Assembly: GCA_001643675.2 (NCBI GenBank)
Contig: LSRY02000017.1
Span: 1 to 64,000, forward strand
Direction of reading: 5' to 3'
Origin: Monocercomonoides exilis PA203
Taxonomy: Eukaryota; Protista; Preaxostyla
Length of the DNA stretch: 64,000 nt
Translations under genes and position numbers: made by a program
The notes under the pieces: model-generated
Seen by the model: only the letters and a program-made list of their open reading frames with translations
What the model was told of the DNA's origin: nothing
The model's database searches: none
In this document: in pieces, positions 35,201 to 50,200 of the stretch
Numbering within the stretch: the stretch's first letter is position 1
How the letters are laid out: every line of letters starts with the position of its first letter

Positions 35201-38200
35201 CATCAATCACAAAATCATCAATGGACGAAGGTTCATTGCGCTATATGGTTAAATCATGGTGCGACGGGTTTTTCCAAGCAGCAGCTGTTGTGAATCACTT
35301 AGATCAGGATGAAGGAGAAAACTACTTCCAAGATGTGTCATCTTCTCTTGCACTTCAAGATTTGAAAGATAAGGTGATGAACAGCGTGGAAGAGTCAATT
35401 GCAGTTGTGGATGAACTTCAGTCACAATACACTTCAATCCAATTCCTTTGGAAACAAGATCCAGCTGAGTCACTTAAAGTGTTTTTGCGCCAAGGACCTC
35501 AAGTGCAACGACATCTCACAAAGTCCATGCGTCAGCAATCGATGTCCACACTGATGACTCAGGCACAAGCACAATCAATGAAGTCTGGATTTAGCGGGTC
35601 ACTTGTGGCACCTGGTGGAAGCCAGTCATCTGCAAGCAGCGCTAGCGGAAAGTCACCACAAGAGAGAGCGATGGCAGCACGTGCAGCAATGAGATCATCT
35701 CGATCATCATTGACCGATAAATCCAAACCTGGTGCAGCAGGGAACGACGGGCAAAGCGGATCATCCGGCGAAAGCGGAGCAAACAGAGCTGGCTTCGATG
35801 ATGATAGCGAAGATCATCCTCCAACACTTGCTGACTATGAAATTGAAATCAATTTGCTGAAGAAACTTGAAGAAAGAGTTACTGGAATGACAGATACAGC
35901 AAGGCACAAGTGGTTGCGTGCAGATGCAACAAAGGGATCAAAAGATGTGATGAAGCTTATTGCTAAATGGATTTCAACTTATACAAACCATCTTCTTGAC
36001 TCCACAAAAGCATCACTTGACGAGCTTTCCAGTTTCATCGAAATGGTGAACACAGAGCTTAAAAGAGAATTTACTCAAGATACTCTTTACGAGGCATTGC
36101 GAGTTTTGACAGATTTGAGATTGCGTACAGAAAAGACCGATGCTATGTTTGCTCCTTTGACAGACACAGTTTCTCTTCTGAAGAAATATGGAATCAACGT
36201 TTCACAAGAGATATATCAGCAGCTTGAAGATCTTCCAATTGCTTGGTCGAAGCTGAAGCGTTCTTCTTACAACGTGAAAGATTCACTGCAACCAATGATT
36301 ACAGCTGAAAGAGCACGTGTTCAAGGAAGAATGGAAGCATTTCAGGCAAAAGTGGATGCATTCAGGGTTGAATTCAGGAAAGCTGACATGTTTCAGTTCA
36401 AGACACCACCCGAAAAGGCATATGAGCAAATGGATGCAACGTATCAAGCTATCCTTCAACTTGAAGCCGATGCAGCACAAATACAATCATGTGAAGAGAT
36501 GTTGGAAATAACCAAACACGAATACGAATTGGTGCCAGCATGCAAAACAGATCTTTTGATGCTGAAGCAAGTCTGGGATGTGAGCGATATGATTGTTGCT
36601 CAGCTGACAGAATGGAAGAAGACTCCTTGGGAACAAGTTGATACCAACATGATTGATGAACAATACAAAGCATTTGGTAAAGAAACACGTTCACTGCCAA
36701 AGCCAACTCGTGCTTGGGATGCTTATTTGGGTCTCGATCAGACCATGAAGACATTCGCATCACTGATGCCTTTGGTTACACAGCTGCGTTCGCCTTGCAT
36801 GCGATCACATCATTGGGATGAGGTGAAGAAGCTGTGCAAGAAGGAGTTTGAGGTTGGACCAAACTTTACACTTCAATCTATGGTTGATCTTGAGCTTCAC
36901 AAAGTTGCAGAGGATGTGAATGATATCGTGGAGAAAGCAGGAAAGGAACTTATCATTGAGAAATTCTTGAATGATATCGACAAAATCTGGAAGGAGATGG
37001 AGATCAGCTTTGCTACACATCAAAGAACCGGACATCCAATTCTGGGAAGCATGGAAGATCTTATTAACCAACTTGATGAAAACCAAGTGCAAGTGGCCAA
37101 CAACATGGCACAGAAGCACGTTGGTCGTTTCCTCGAATTCTTGCAAGTGTGGCAACAGAAGCTGTCAGTGATGGATCAGGTGATAAACATTTGGATGGAA
37201 GTTCAGACAACTTGGGTGAACCTCGAAAACATTTTTATTGGCTCTGCAGATATTCGTTCGCAGCTGCCTGAAGATAGCGAAAGATTTGAAGAGTTGAACA
37301 AGGATTGGATTGATCTGATGCAAGAATCAGTTAAGATTCCCAACGCAATTGAGTGCTGCACACGTGAAGGACTTTACAAGAGATTCCAGAATCTTCAGGG
37401 AATGCTTTCTTTGTGCGAGAAATCACTTCAAATTTACTTGGAAACAAAGAGAAGAGCCTTCCCTCGTTTCTATTTCCTTTCTGCAGCCGATCTGCTTAAC
37501 ATCCTTTCTGAAGGAACGAATCCTCATGCAGTCCAATGCCACATGCCCAAATTGTTTGATAACATGAAATGTCTGATCTTCCAGAAGAAGAACGAAGAAG
37601 AACTTGCAAAGGAAGCAGAAGAAAAAGAAGAAAGAAGAAAGCTTCTTGCTGAAGGAGAAGTTCTTGAAGACAGACCAGGAGAAGGATATACCAATATTGT
37701 CATTGGTATGGTTTCTAAGGAAGGAGAACAGGTTGCATGGCCTGAGCCTCTGGAAGTGGGAGGAACAGTCGAAGTGTGGTTGAATAAAGTGGTCGATGGA
37801 ATGAGATCAACTCTTCGTCATCATCTTGGAGAAGCTGTATCTTCCTATGAAGAACATCCACGTGATCAATTCATCTTTTCTGTGTGTGCTCAGATTGCTT
37901 TGGTTACCAATGCAATCTTTTGGAATACCGAAGTCGTTGTCGCTTTCGAATCATTGGAAGAAGGAAATGAAAATGCATTAAAGGATTACAACAAGAAACA
38001 ACAACAACAATTGAACGTTCTTGTCCAGAGAACACAACAAAAATTGTCAGCACTTGATAGACAAAAGCTTATGACTGTTGTGACAATTGATGTGCATTCC
38101 AGAGATGTGGTTGCAAATCTCATTCGCGACAAAGTTGAGAACTCACAACAATTTGCCTGGGTCTCACAGCTGCGCCAAACCTGGGATGAAGACTCCCAGC

Positions 38201-41200
38201 TGTGTCAATGCCACATTTGCGATGCCAACTTTGAATACTCTTATGAATATCTTGGAAATACAGCTCGTCTTGTGATTACGCCACTGACCGATAGATGCTA
38301 CATTACTTTGACTCAGGCTCTGCATCTTATTATGGGTGGGTCTCCAGCCGGACCTGCCGGAACAGGAAAGACGGAAACTGTGAAGGATCTTGGAAGAGCA
38401 CTGGCTGTGATGATGTATGTGTTCAACTGCTCTGAACAGATGGACTATCAATCTTTGGGTAATATTTTCAAGGGTTTGGCCAGTTCTGGTGCTTGGGGAT
38501 GCTTCGATGAATTTAACCGTATTTCTGTTGAAGTGCTTTCTGTGGTTGCTTCTCAAGTTAAATGCATTTTGGATGCTATTCGTGCAAAGAAGGAAAGATT
38601 CGATTTCCTGAATGAAGATATTAAGCTTATTCCATCATGCGGTATTTTCATTACAATGAACCCTGGTTATGCAGGAAGAACAGAGCTTCCCGAAAACTTG
38701 AAGGCATTGTTCCGACCTGTCTCTATGGTCGTGCCAGATTTCCTGCTTATTTGCGAAATTATGCTTATGGCTGAAGGTTTCTTGGATGCTAGAGAATTGG
38801 CCAAGAAGTTTACCACATTGTATTCATTGAACAAGGAGCTTCTTTCAAAACAGGATCATTACGATTGGGGTCTTCGTGCTATCAAATCTGTGCTTGTTGT
38901 CGCCGGGTCACTGAAGAGAGCAGATCCAGACTTGCCTGAAGAGATTATTCTGATGAGAGCTCTGAGAGATTTCAATCTTCCAAAGATTGTTACAGAAGAT
39001 GTGGAAGTGTTCATGGGTCTTATTGGCGATCTGTTCCCGAAGGCATCTGTTCCAAGAAAGGTCAATCGAACACTGGAATCTGCTATCAAGATTGTGACTG
39101 CTCAATCAAAACTTGTTCCAGAAGAAAACTTTGTGCTTAAAGTTGTTCAACTGCAAGAGTTGCTTGATGTGCGTCATTCAGTCTTCATTATCGGTCCTCC
39201 TGGATCATCAAAGACACAAGTCTGGAGAATGCTTGCAAAAGCACGTGACAGACAGGGAGCGAAATGCCAAACTCCAGATATTAATCCGAAGGCTGTTTCA
39301 AACCACGAATTGTTCGGTTACCAAACACCAGCAACAAGAGAGTGGCATGATGGTCTGCTTTCATCCATCATGAGAACACTTTCTGAAATTCCAAACCAGG
39401 AACCTAAGTGGATTATTCTTGATGGAGATATTGATCCTATGTGGATTGAATCAATGAACACAGTGATGGATGATAACAAAATCCTGACATTGGCATCAAA
39501 TGAACGTATTCCTCTTCATCCATGGATGAGATTGATCTTCGAAATTGGTCACATCAAATATGGTTCTCCTGCCACTGTGTCACGTGCAGGTATCCTGTTT
39601 ATTAACGAAACTGATGTTGGGTGGAATCCATTTGTACAATGCTGGATTGAAAGAAGAGAACAAACATCATTGAGAAATACTCTTGTTGTTCTGTTTGACA
39701 GATATGTTGCAACATCTTTGAATTACATCAAAAAGAACTTTAGACATCTCGTTCCAACATACGATTTCACAATGGTTCAAACGTTGTGCTACATTCTGGA
39801 AATTCTTCTTACGCCAAAAGTTTCTGCTCTTGATAAAGAAATCATTGAGATTTACTTTGTGTTTGCCTGCATTTGGGCATTCGGTTCTGCACTTCTTGTT
39901 GATCAGATTCGTGATTGCCGTGTTGAGTTCAACAAATGGTGGAGACAGGAATGGAAACACATTAAGTTCCCAGATCAAGGAACTGTATTCGATTACTACA
40001 TTGAACCAGAAACACACAAATGGGTTCCATGGACACAGCTTGTGCCAGAATATGTTCATGACCCAGATATTCCTCTTCCTTCTGTGCTTGTTCATACTCC
40101 AGAAACAACTCGTATCATGTACTGGATGGATCTATTCTTGCAACTTGGGAGACCTGTTTTGCTTGTTGGTGGTGCTGGTTGCGGAAAGACTATGCTCATT
40201 AAGGAGAGAATTGCAGCATTACCACAAGAGCAATTTATGAACGTCAATATGAACTTTAACTTCCAAACATCATCAAAGGATCTACAGTTCATATTGGAGC
40301 AGCCATTGATCAAGATTGGTAAGAAATATGGACCGCCAAACAATAAGAAACTTATCTTCTTTATTGATGATTTGAATATGCCTGAAGTTGATTTATACGG
40401 AACACAAGCTCCACACACTCTCATGAGAATGCACATTGATTACAACCATTGGTACGACAGGCAGAAAATGTTCCTTCGTGAAGTTGGCAATTGCCAGTAC
40501 ATCTGCGCAATGAACCCAACTACTGGTTCGTTCACAATTGATCCACGTTTGCAGCGTCACTTCGTAACAATGGCTGTGAACTTCCCTGATGCAGAATCCA
40601 TCAAACATATTGCTACATCACTTCTTGAAGGACATTTCTCCAACGGATTTTCTGGCAACGTACTGAAGACCGTTCCAAAGGTTGTTTCTGCAATGATGGA
40701 TATCCACAAGAGAGTATCTGCAACCTTCTTGCCAACTGCCATCAAATTCCACTATCAGTTTAACTTGAGAGATCTTGCAAACGTAATGGGAGGTCTTCAA
40801 CAAGCCACTCCTGAAGTTGTACGTAATCCACTTATTCTTGCAAGAATGTTCAAGCATGAAGCAACAAGAGTATATGCAGATCGTCTGACTTCACTTGCAG
40901 AGTGGAAGCAATTTGATACACACATGGATCAAGTGATGGACGCTTCTTTCAGCGATTGCGGTGACAAAGAAAGCAGAAATGCCATGCCATTAACATGGGC
41001 TCCATTTGCTGGAGGTACGGGACAGCGACAGTATGGTGAAGTTGCTGGCGGACTTGACGGATTGAAGAAGATATTGGAAGAATCACTTGATTTGTACAAT
41101 GAAGCAAACGCTGCAATGGACTTGGTACTGTTTGAAGATGCCATGTATCATGTTGCACGTATTGCTCGTATCATTGACAGACCAAACGGAAATGCTCTTC

Positions 41201-44200
41201 TTGTTGGTGTTGGTGGCTCAGGAAAACAGTCTCTTGCTCGTTTGGCTGCGTTCTCAGCACAATTTGATGTATTCCAGATTACAATTTCATCCACTTATGG
41301 TGTAAATGAACTGAAAGATGATTTGAAACAGCTGTTCTTCAAAGCAGGTCTGAAGGATCAACAAATGTGCTTCCTATTTACTGATACACAGATTGTTGAT
41401 GAAAGATTTTTGATTTACATCAACGATGTGCTATCATCCGGATGGATTGCTGATCTGTTTGCAACTGAAGATAAGGATAACATTGTGAATGGTGTGACAA
41501 CTGATTGCAAAGCTTCAGGAATTCCTCCAACTCGTGATAATTGCTTGAACTTCTTCACACAGCGTGTGAGAGCCAATCTTCATCTCATCTTGTGCTTCTC
41601 TCCTGTGGGTGATGCATTCAGACAGCGTGCTCGTAAATTCCCTGCTATTGTCTCTTGCACATCAATTGATTGGTTCCATCCATGGCCTCAAGAAGCTCTT
41701 CTTTCTGTCGGAAAGAGATTCTTGGCAGATGTCGAACTTGGAACTGACGAAGAAGCAGATGCTATCTGTCACTTCATGGCATACACAAATACAACTGTAA
41801 ATGAAGTCAGCGAACAGTTCTTGGCATCAGAAAGAAGGTACAACTACACAACACCAAAATCCTTCCTTGAACTGATTAACCTTTACAAATCAATGCTGGA
41901 GCAAAAACGTGCTGACATTGAAAAGAAGATCGAAAGATTCGAAAACGGTCTGATTAAATTGGAAGACACATCCAAGCAAGTGGCCGAACTTCAGAACCGT
42001 CTTGTCAACGAACAGAAAGTTGTGGAACAGAAACAAAAAGATGCAGATGAACTTCTGGAAAAAGTTGGACAAGAAACCAACATTGTTGAAGAGGAACAGA
42101 AGATTGCTCGTGTTGAAGAAGAAAAGGCCAATGTTATTGCAAGAGATGTCGAACAACAGGAAGCTGAATGCAAACGAGATCTTGCAAGAGCCGAGCCAGC
42201 CATTCTCGAAGCAGAGGCTGCTTTGAACACTTTGAACAAGCCAAATCTTACAGAGTTGAAGTCTTTGGCATCTCCTCCAAGTGATGTGGTGGACGTTGGT
42301 GCAGCTGTGCTGATTCTGATGTCACCACCATCTGGTGTTGCAAGAGACTTGTCATGGAACTCTGTGAAGAAGATGATGGGACAAGTGGATAGATTCCTTG
42401 AACAACTTCAAACGTTCGATAAAGATCACATTCCTCCAGCAAACTTGAAAGCAGTGCAACCATATTTGGATCGTGAATCATTTAATGGAGACAGCATCAT
42501 GAAGAAATCCGTTGCTGCTGCCGGTCTTTGCAAATGGGTTATTAACATTGTCAAGTATTACTACATCTATTGCGATGTGCAGCCAAAGAGAGAGAAATTG
42601 GCAGCAGCTCAAGAGACGCTTGCTGAAGCACGTGCTAAATTGGAAGCCGTCCAAGCGAAAGTTGATAAATTGAACAAGAAACTGAAAGCTCTAACTGATC
42701 AGTTCGAAGCTGCAACAGAAGAGAAGAACGAAGTGATTCGTCAAGCGAAAGAAACACAGAACAAACTGAATCTTGCCCATCGTCTTGTCAATGGTTTGGC
42801 TTCAGAAGCTGTACGTTGGAGAGAAAACGTGGATGCATACAAGAAGCAGGCTACAACTCTTGTTGGTGATGTGCTGTTGGCATCTGCCTTTATTTCTTAT
42901 GTTGGTCCATTCACAAAGAAATACAGAACCGAACTGATGGAAAATAAATGGATGCCATTCATGAAAGAGAACAAGATTCCATGCTCTGAAGATCTTGATG
43001 TCATGTCTCTACTAACTGATGATGCACAAATTGCACAGTGGAACAATGAAGGTCTGCCAACAGATCGTCTTTCCGTTGAGAATGCCGTTATCAGCACAAC
43101 ATGCGAACGTTGGCCTCTGTTCATCGATCCACAATTGCAGGGTATTGCATGGATTCGTAACAGATATGGAGACGAACTCCAGGTTGCACGTATGGGTGCA
43201 CCTCGCTATTTGGATAGACTCGAAAATGCTATTCAAAACGGAGAGCCTTACTTATTTGAGAATCTTGGTGAGACTCTGGAAGCTGTGATTGATCCAGTTA
43301 TTGGAAGAAATCTTATCAGAAAAGGAAAACAAATCAGAATTAAGATTGGAGACAAAACAATCGACTACGATAAGAAGTTCAAACTCTTCTTACAAACAAA
43401 ATTGTCAAATCCTCATTACCGTCCAGAAATTCAAGCTCAAACAACAATTATCAACTTCACTGTGACAGAAGAAGGGTTGGAAGACCAGCTTCTTGCACTT
43501 GTGGTGAAGCGAGAGAAGCCAGAATTAGAACAACAGAAAGCTGAATTGATGCAGCAACAGAACGAATTCAAGATTAGATTGAAGGAATTGGAAGATTCTT
43601 TGTTGGCAAACTTGACAAACGCACAGGGAGATATTCTATCAAATGTCGAACTTATTGAAGGACTTGAAGTGACAAAAGCTACTGCAACAGAAATTAAGGA
43701 GAAAGTGGCACTTGCAAAAGAGACTGAAGCAAACATCAACTCAATTCGTGAAGCTTATCGTCCTGTGGCCAATAGAGCTGCACTTATCTACTTCTTGATC
43801 AACGATCTGTGGAAGATTGATCATATGTACCAATTCTCACTGAAAGCATTCATTGTTGTGTTCTACAAGGCTATGGATGCTGCAGCTGAATCAGAAGAAA
43901 TCAGTGAAAGAGTAGCAAGTTTGGTCGAATCAGTTACATTTACCACTTTCTGCTATGTTAACAGAGCACTGTTTGTGAAGCACAAGCTCATCTTTATCAC
44001 ACAACTGTGCATCAAAATTGCACGTAGACAGAATCTTATTGATCCAGAACAATTGGATTATTTGCTTCGTGGTAGAAAGTTGTATGGCCAAACCAGTCCT
44101 GTTGAATGGCTGACAGAATCGAACTGGGCAGCTGTCTGGGCTTTGAAAGAAGTTGAAGGATTCAAAGGACTTCCATCAGATATTGAAGGATCACAGAAGA

Positions 44201-46185
44201 GATGGAAAGAATGGTGCGACCACGAATCTCCAGAAACAGAGAAACTTCCACAAGAATGGAAGAACAAATCAACATTTGAAAAACTTTGTGTTATTCGTGC
44301 ATTGAGGTCTGACAGAATGACATATGCGATTCAAATGTGGATTGAGGAGACAATGGGAAAACGATATGTTGATGCAGTTCCATTCAAAATGGAAGCTACG
44401 TTCGCTGAAACGTCTCCATCTTCTCCTATGTTCTTTATCCTTTCACCTGGTATCGATCCAGTGAAAGATGTTGAAGCTCTTGGAAGGAAGCTTAATTATA
44501 CCACAGCCAACGGGAAATTCAAGCTTGTTTCCATGGGGCAAGGACAGGAGCCAGTTGCTGAAGAGTACATTGATAGAGCTGCCGCAGAGGGCTCATGGGT
44601 TATGCTTGAAAACTTGCATCTGATGTCAAAATGGCTTATTACCGTTGAAAAGAAGCTTGAATGGTTTGCTGAAGCAGCAAAGCCTGAGTCACGTGTGTTC
44701 CTTTCAGCAGAACCTTCAAATGATCCATTAAGAAAGATTCCACAAGGTATCCTGCAAAATGCAATTAAAGTTACAAACGAACCACCATTGGGAATGAAAG
44801 CAAACATGAGAAGAGCATTTGCATGCTTTGATCAAGAGAATCTCGAATCTTGCACAAAAGTTAATGAATACAAATCAATCTTGTTTGCACTTTGCTTCTT
44901 CCACGCTGCAATTTTGGAAAGAAAGAAATTCGGGCCTCAAGGATGGAACATCTCGTATCCATTCAATTTGGGAGATTTGACTATTTCTTCATCTGTATTG
45001 TACAATTATCTTGAAAACAATCAAAAGATTCCATGGGTTGATTTGAGATACATGTTCGGAGAAATTATGTATGGAGGACACATTTCTGATGATTGGGATA
45101 GACGTCTGTGCAGAACATATCTTGAGGTGTTGATGAGAGAGGATCTGTTTAACGGAATGGAGTTGGGTCCAGGTTTCCCTGAACCTCCTCCAGGGACATA
45201 CGATGAATATTCTCAGTATATCGAAGAGGCACTTCCTCCAGAGTCTCCTTATCTGTTTGGCTTGCATCCAAATGCTGAAATTGGATTCTTAACTGAACAA
45301 GCAGATTCACTGTTCCAGACTATACTGTCACTTCAGCCACGTGATGCAAACACAGGAGAAGGAGAAACAGCCGAAGAAAAAGTGTCGAAGTTTATTGAGG
45401 AATTATTGCAAAACTTACCCGAAGGATTTGATATGCCAGAACTTTATGCCAGAGTACAAGAACGAACTCCATATGTTTCTGTATGTCTTCAGGAATGCGA
45501 TCGAATGAACATCCTTTTGAATATCATGAAGACAACATTGAAAGAGCTTGCACTTGGTCTCAAAGGAGATCTTTCCATGTCTGATTCCATGTCAACATTA
45601 ATGAATTCAATCTTTATGGATCAGGTTCCTGATTCATGGGCAGCAAAAGCATATCCGTCACTGAAATCTCTTCCTGCTTGGATTCAGAACTTGACAGAGA
45701 GAATTAGACAATTGCAAGAGTGGTCTCTTGATCTCAACCTTCCGAAGTCTGTATGGCTGTCTGGTTTGTTTAACCCACAATCATTCTTGACAGCAGTTAT
45801 GCAGACGACATCAAGGAAAAATCAATGGCCTTTGGATAAAATGGTACTTCAGACTGATATTACAAGAAAGTCGATGGATGACCTTGCATCTGCACCTCGT
45901 GAAGGAGCATACATTCACGGCTTGTTCTTGGAAGGAGCTAGATTAGATCCCAAGTCAGGGTATCTTGCTGAATCACATCTCATGGAGCTTCGTCCCTCTG
46001 TTCCAATTATCTTTGTGCGTGCTATTCTGATTGAGAAGAGAGAAGTGAAAGATGTCTATCATTGCCCAGTGTACCGTACAAGAAGGAGAGGACCTACTTA
46101 CGTTTGGGAGTTTACATTAAAAACAAAACTTCCAGAGAGCAAATGGGTTCTGGCTGGTGTTGCTATGCTGTTGGATGCTGATTAA
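32217..46185 (+). CDS. Axonemal outer-arm dynein heavy chain, beta type (DNAH9/11/17, ODA4-like), ~4583 aa
   Basis: Exons 32217-32338, 32431-32788, 32914-46185. AAA1 GPAGTGKTETVKDLGRA, YVFNCSEQMDYQSLGNIFKGLASSGAWGCFDEFNRISVEVLSV; AAA3 GGAGCGKT; AAA4 GVGGSGKQSL; stalk; C-terminal WVLAGVAMLL. Confidence 0.97.
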
Positions 46186-47212
46186 GACATGAGAGGAATT
46201 GAAGGGCATCCTTACCAAATCTTTCTCTTTGATTATCCCATGAAAGTCGCTGAAAATACCACCGCTTTCATTTGCATGGCTGAGTTTTTTCACTTCTTTC
46301 GATTAATACACTTTGTACTATTAAATTTCTTTTCACCTCTCCCCAACTATCTCAGCTCATTGATTTTGCTCTTTACATCTCTCTCTTAACTCATCATCAA
46401 ATCGCACAACACCCAAACCCTTACACAGTATCCACTTCTCCTCACAAACTTTTTTTCATTTCAGCTTCCAATCTTATGTATTTTTTATTGAGTTTGACTT
46501 TATCATTTATTCTTTTGTCTAAGATTCAATTTTGTCAAATCAAAACATTATGCTCAAATAAACTATTAAAAATAATTTTTCCTAAATTTTTGATTAAAGT
46601 AGTCTGACAACTGGAAAATTTAAGGCTAAAACTCATTTCCCACTGGAACATAAAGGGCATTTCTCCAATATTGAAGTTCAAAGTGATGCAACTACGAGTC
46701 GTTGAGTCAATTGTAATATTTTCTTCAATAATATTTTTTTCTTGAAGCTATCATTTATCATCTTGAAGAAGCTTTATTCAACATTTGATCTGTATTTCGA
46801 AAAATGAAAAAAAAAAAAAAGCATGATTGTTTTTGATTTGGACATTTACAGCACCACTCGAAAACACTAATAAAAAAGCAAAAAACAAAAATTGAAATGT
46901 AAAAATTATGAACAAGACAACAAGTGTGAATGATAAAAAATCTCTAGAAACAGTGAATTTAAAAAAAGAAAGAAAGAAGAAGAAGAAAAATAGATGGCAA
47001 AAGACGAAATTGTAAAGATTTATGAAAGACCTTGTTTGACTGACCGGTCATTGTTGAAACAAAAATTTGTAAAAAATATAATATCGATTTAAATAAAAAC
47101 ATACCACAAATAATAAATTCTTAAAAAGATTTAAAAATATGAAAAAATTTTTTTAAATGTTGTTTTTTAGAAACTATTGAAAGAGTTACGAGTTTCAGGG
47201 CAATCCTAAGGA

Positions 47213-50200
47213 TCAGAGTTTTCTTGGCTTGTGACCTTTCAAATCATCATCACTCGCTTTTTCTTTTCGTCTCTGGCCAACCAAACTATCATTCAAGTCA
47301 TTGTTTTCAGTGTCGAAATCATTGTCTTCTTCATTTCCCAAAATTGGATCTGTTGCAGATGGAAAATACATACTGCCTGCGAGGTCAATCGATTTAACCT
47401 TTTCATTGTAGTAATAACTCGATTGCAAACCTATTGAAGAACTGTTAGAATGAGAAGCCAAAGAAGATGAAGTGTTATAACTGCTATCTGATGTAAGGTC
47501 CAACGGCTCCATCGGAGAAAGATCAAAAGTGGAGATGGTGCCAATTTCAGACGTCATAACCAAACTGGAATTTGGCATATTCTTTCCTTTAATTTCTTCT
47601 GTAACGTCTGAAATGTCAGTCGATCCGATCGTATGCTGCATTCTTGTTTTGTCTATTTCCGGGCTGCGAGAAAGCCTCTGCGACGAAATGTTCCTTCTTT
47701 CATCAGCTTCTTCGTCTGAATCATCTTTAACTCCCTTCAAAAGCTGCTCTCTTCTTTGCCTTCTTCGTTCTCTCATCACTTTTCTTCGTGTCGCTGCATC
47801 CAAATGTTGCAGCTCTGCTTCATCCTCCTCTTCTCTTCTGTCATTCCTTTTCCTCATTCCAGATGACAATTCACCGTCTTTTGTCAATCTTTTCCAATCA
47901 TTGTTCGCATTATATTCGAAACCGCCTGCATTTTCTTCAGCAGCATCAGAATTATCATCGCTATATGCAGACAAGTCATATGAATAAGCAGACATTTCTC
48001 CCAATTTCTTGGCTTTCCTCGGTCTGAGTTCAACTTCTCCCTCTATCTGCTTTTCTCCTCCACTTTCTCCAATTCCAAGGCTTCCTTCTTTCTGAACCTC
48101 ATCTATCTCATCCATCAGGCCATACTTCCTCTTCTTCGCCTCTAGCCTTCTCTTTGCTTTTTCCATTTTTCTCGCTTTTTTCAGTTCCTTCTTTTTCCTC
48201 GTTGCTTCCGGAACGAAAGAATCAAGTTTATTATGATTTCTTATTCTTTCATTGAGCTCAACAAAGATCATGATTACAAGTGCAAAAAATGTCGAGCCTA
48301 AAAAGAAGATCATTGTTGTTTTGTAGCCGAATTCGCGGGTTATCACCCCAACGACTAAGTTTGCAATGCCCACAAACAGCATCTGCACATTCAAAAATTA
48401 AAATACGAAGATAACAATGATATATATAAGGAAAAAAAAAAGAATTTGACTCAATGAAAAATTTTAAACTCCATTATCCTTAATGACATAAAAATTTTTA
48501 TATACATAAGTTTCATTCTTTCAACAGTTCTATTTTTTCTTACATATCAAACCTGAACGCAAGTCATAATGGAATTGCCTGTTCCAACAAGTGTTGGATC
48601 AATAAGAACTGCAATTGATGTCCAAATAACATTAGCCACAATCGAATAAGAGATTCCTACAAACACTAGTGGGCCAATTGGATTCTTAAAAAGAATTTAA
48701 AAAAATTGAACAGATAAACATATAATTTGTCAATCAAAAAAATGGTTTTATATTCAAGAAAAAAGATATTGCAAATGACATTTCTGCAAAAAAAAAATTG
48801 ACGCAAAGCATCAGAATAGTTTCGTAGCATTCGAACAATCTCTTCTTCATACCCAGTCTGTGAATGCAACCCAAGAGTCAAATAAAAGATTAATTACGCA
48901 TGCAATTATCAATAAAATAGCTCGTATTCCGAAGTGATCAACAAACACCCCAACAATCAATGACCCAGGAATGGATGTCATGTAAATGATGGATGCAAGC
49001 ACTCCTGAAACAAAAGGCGTGTAGTTGAATACTATCATTCAGAAAAATGAACAAAAACAGCGGGAAAATATGTCACATAAAATGCATTAAAATAAAAACA
49101 ATTCAGAAAACAGAAATTACAAATGGTGACAAACATTTCTTGAGAAGATCTACAATCACAGCGTACATCCTGTTAAAGTAAGGTGATATGATATGAAATT
49201 CATTTGAAATGATAGAATTCATTGCAAACATTGAGAAAAAAGAAGTTAAAATGAATAAATTCGTGGAAAAAATGGCAATTGCATACGCAAAGATATTAAT
49301 GTGATAAAAGCCGCAAACAAAGCAGAGAAGCCAGAACGACACCTTAATTTCGAATATAAATAGCATTGATATTTATATAATTTTATTTAAAACAAATTTA
49401 TCAATGGATTCTATTAATTCAACAGAACACACAGAAAATCCCTTAAAAAAGCCCAATTTTGCACATCTAGATTTGCGCTGAGTGCTGGACAGACCATCAG
49501 CAGTCTGCGGGTGATGCATTTGAAGTGTGGGTGTAGTGTCACTTGGAGGAATTTCTGTCGATTCCTGTTGAAGTGGCTGAGTCATCGCGATGTCCGACGA
49601 AGGCACCAATGAGGCACCAACAGAAGCAGTTGAAGTGGCTTGAGATGAAGAGGGAGAAGTTACAGGAGGTGGAATAGTCTCTAAACAAGAACAGAAAACA
49701 ATCAGTGAAATCCAAATGGACAGAAAAATGTGTGTATTGTAATTTCCAAAATATCAAAAAGAAGAGAAGAAAAAAAAAATCAGCCAAAACATTTGAAAAA
49801 CGATAAATGTTTTATCCAATAATGCTTTCGTAGCAAAGCTTAAAATAACAATATTTATACATACCAACAACAGCGTTTTTCATTGCTCTTAGACGCTTCC
49901 TATCCTTTTGTGAGTGAATCATTCCTTTCTTCTCTGCATTTAACTCCAAAAACCCAAACACAAGCGCTGATACCCAGCTAACACCACAAACAACAGCACC
50001 TGAAAGTAGATAAGATGCGTTGAAATAAATTTAATATATTATGAAATATATAATTGTTATTCAAAGCGAAAATAAAATAAAATAAAATAAAATAAAATAA
50101 AAATTCTATAATTTTAAAGCAATGATCTTTCAAAATTGATTTGCTACATTTCTCAAGAAACCTATCCAAAGAACAGCAACATATCCAATTTTTTCGACAA

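Noticed and set aside
46560-46800. Possible minus-strand exon downstream of dynein
   Set aside because: It is short, flanked by stops, and no consistent splice model was found.
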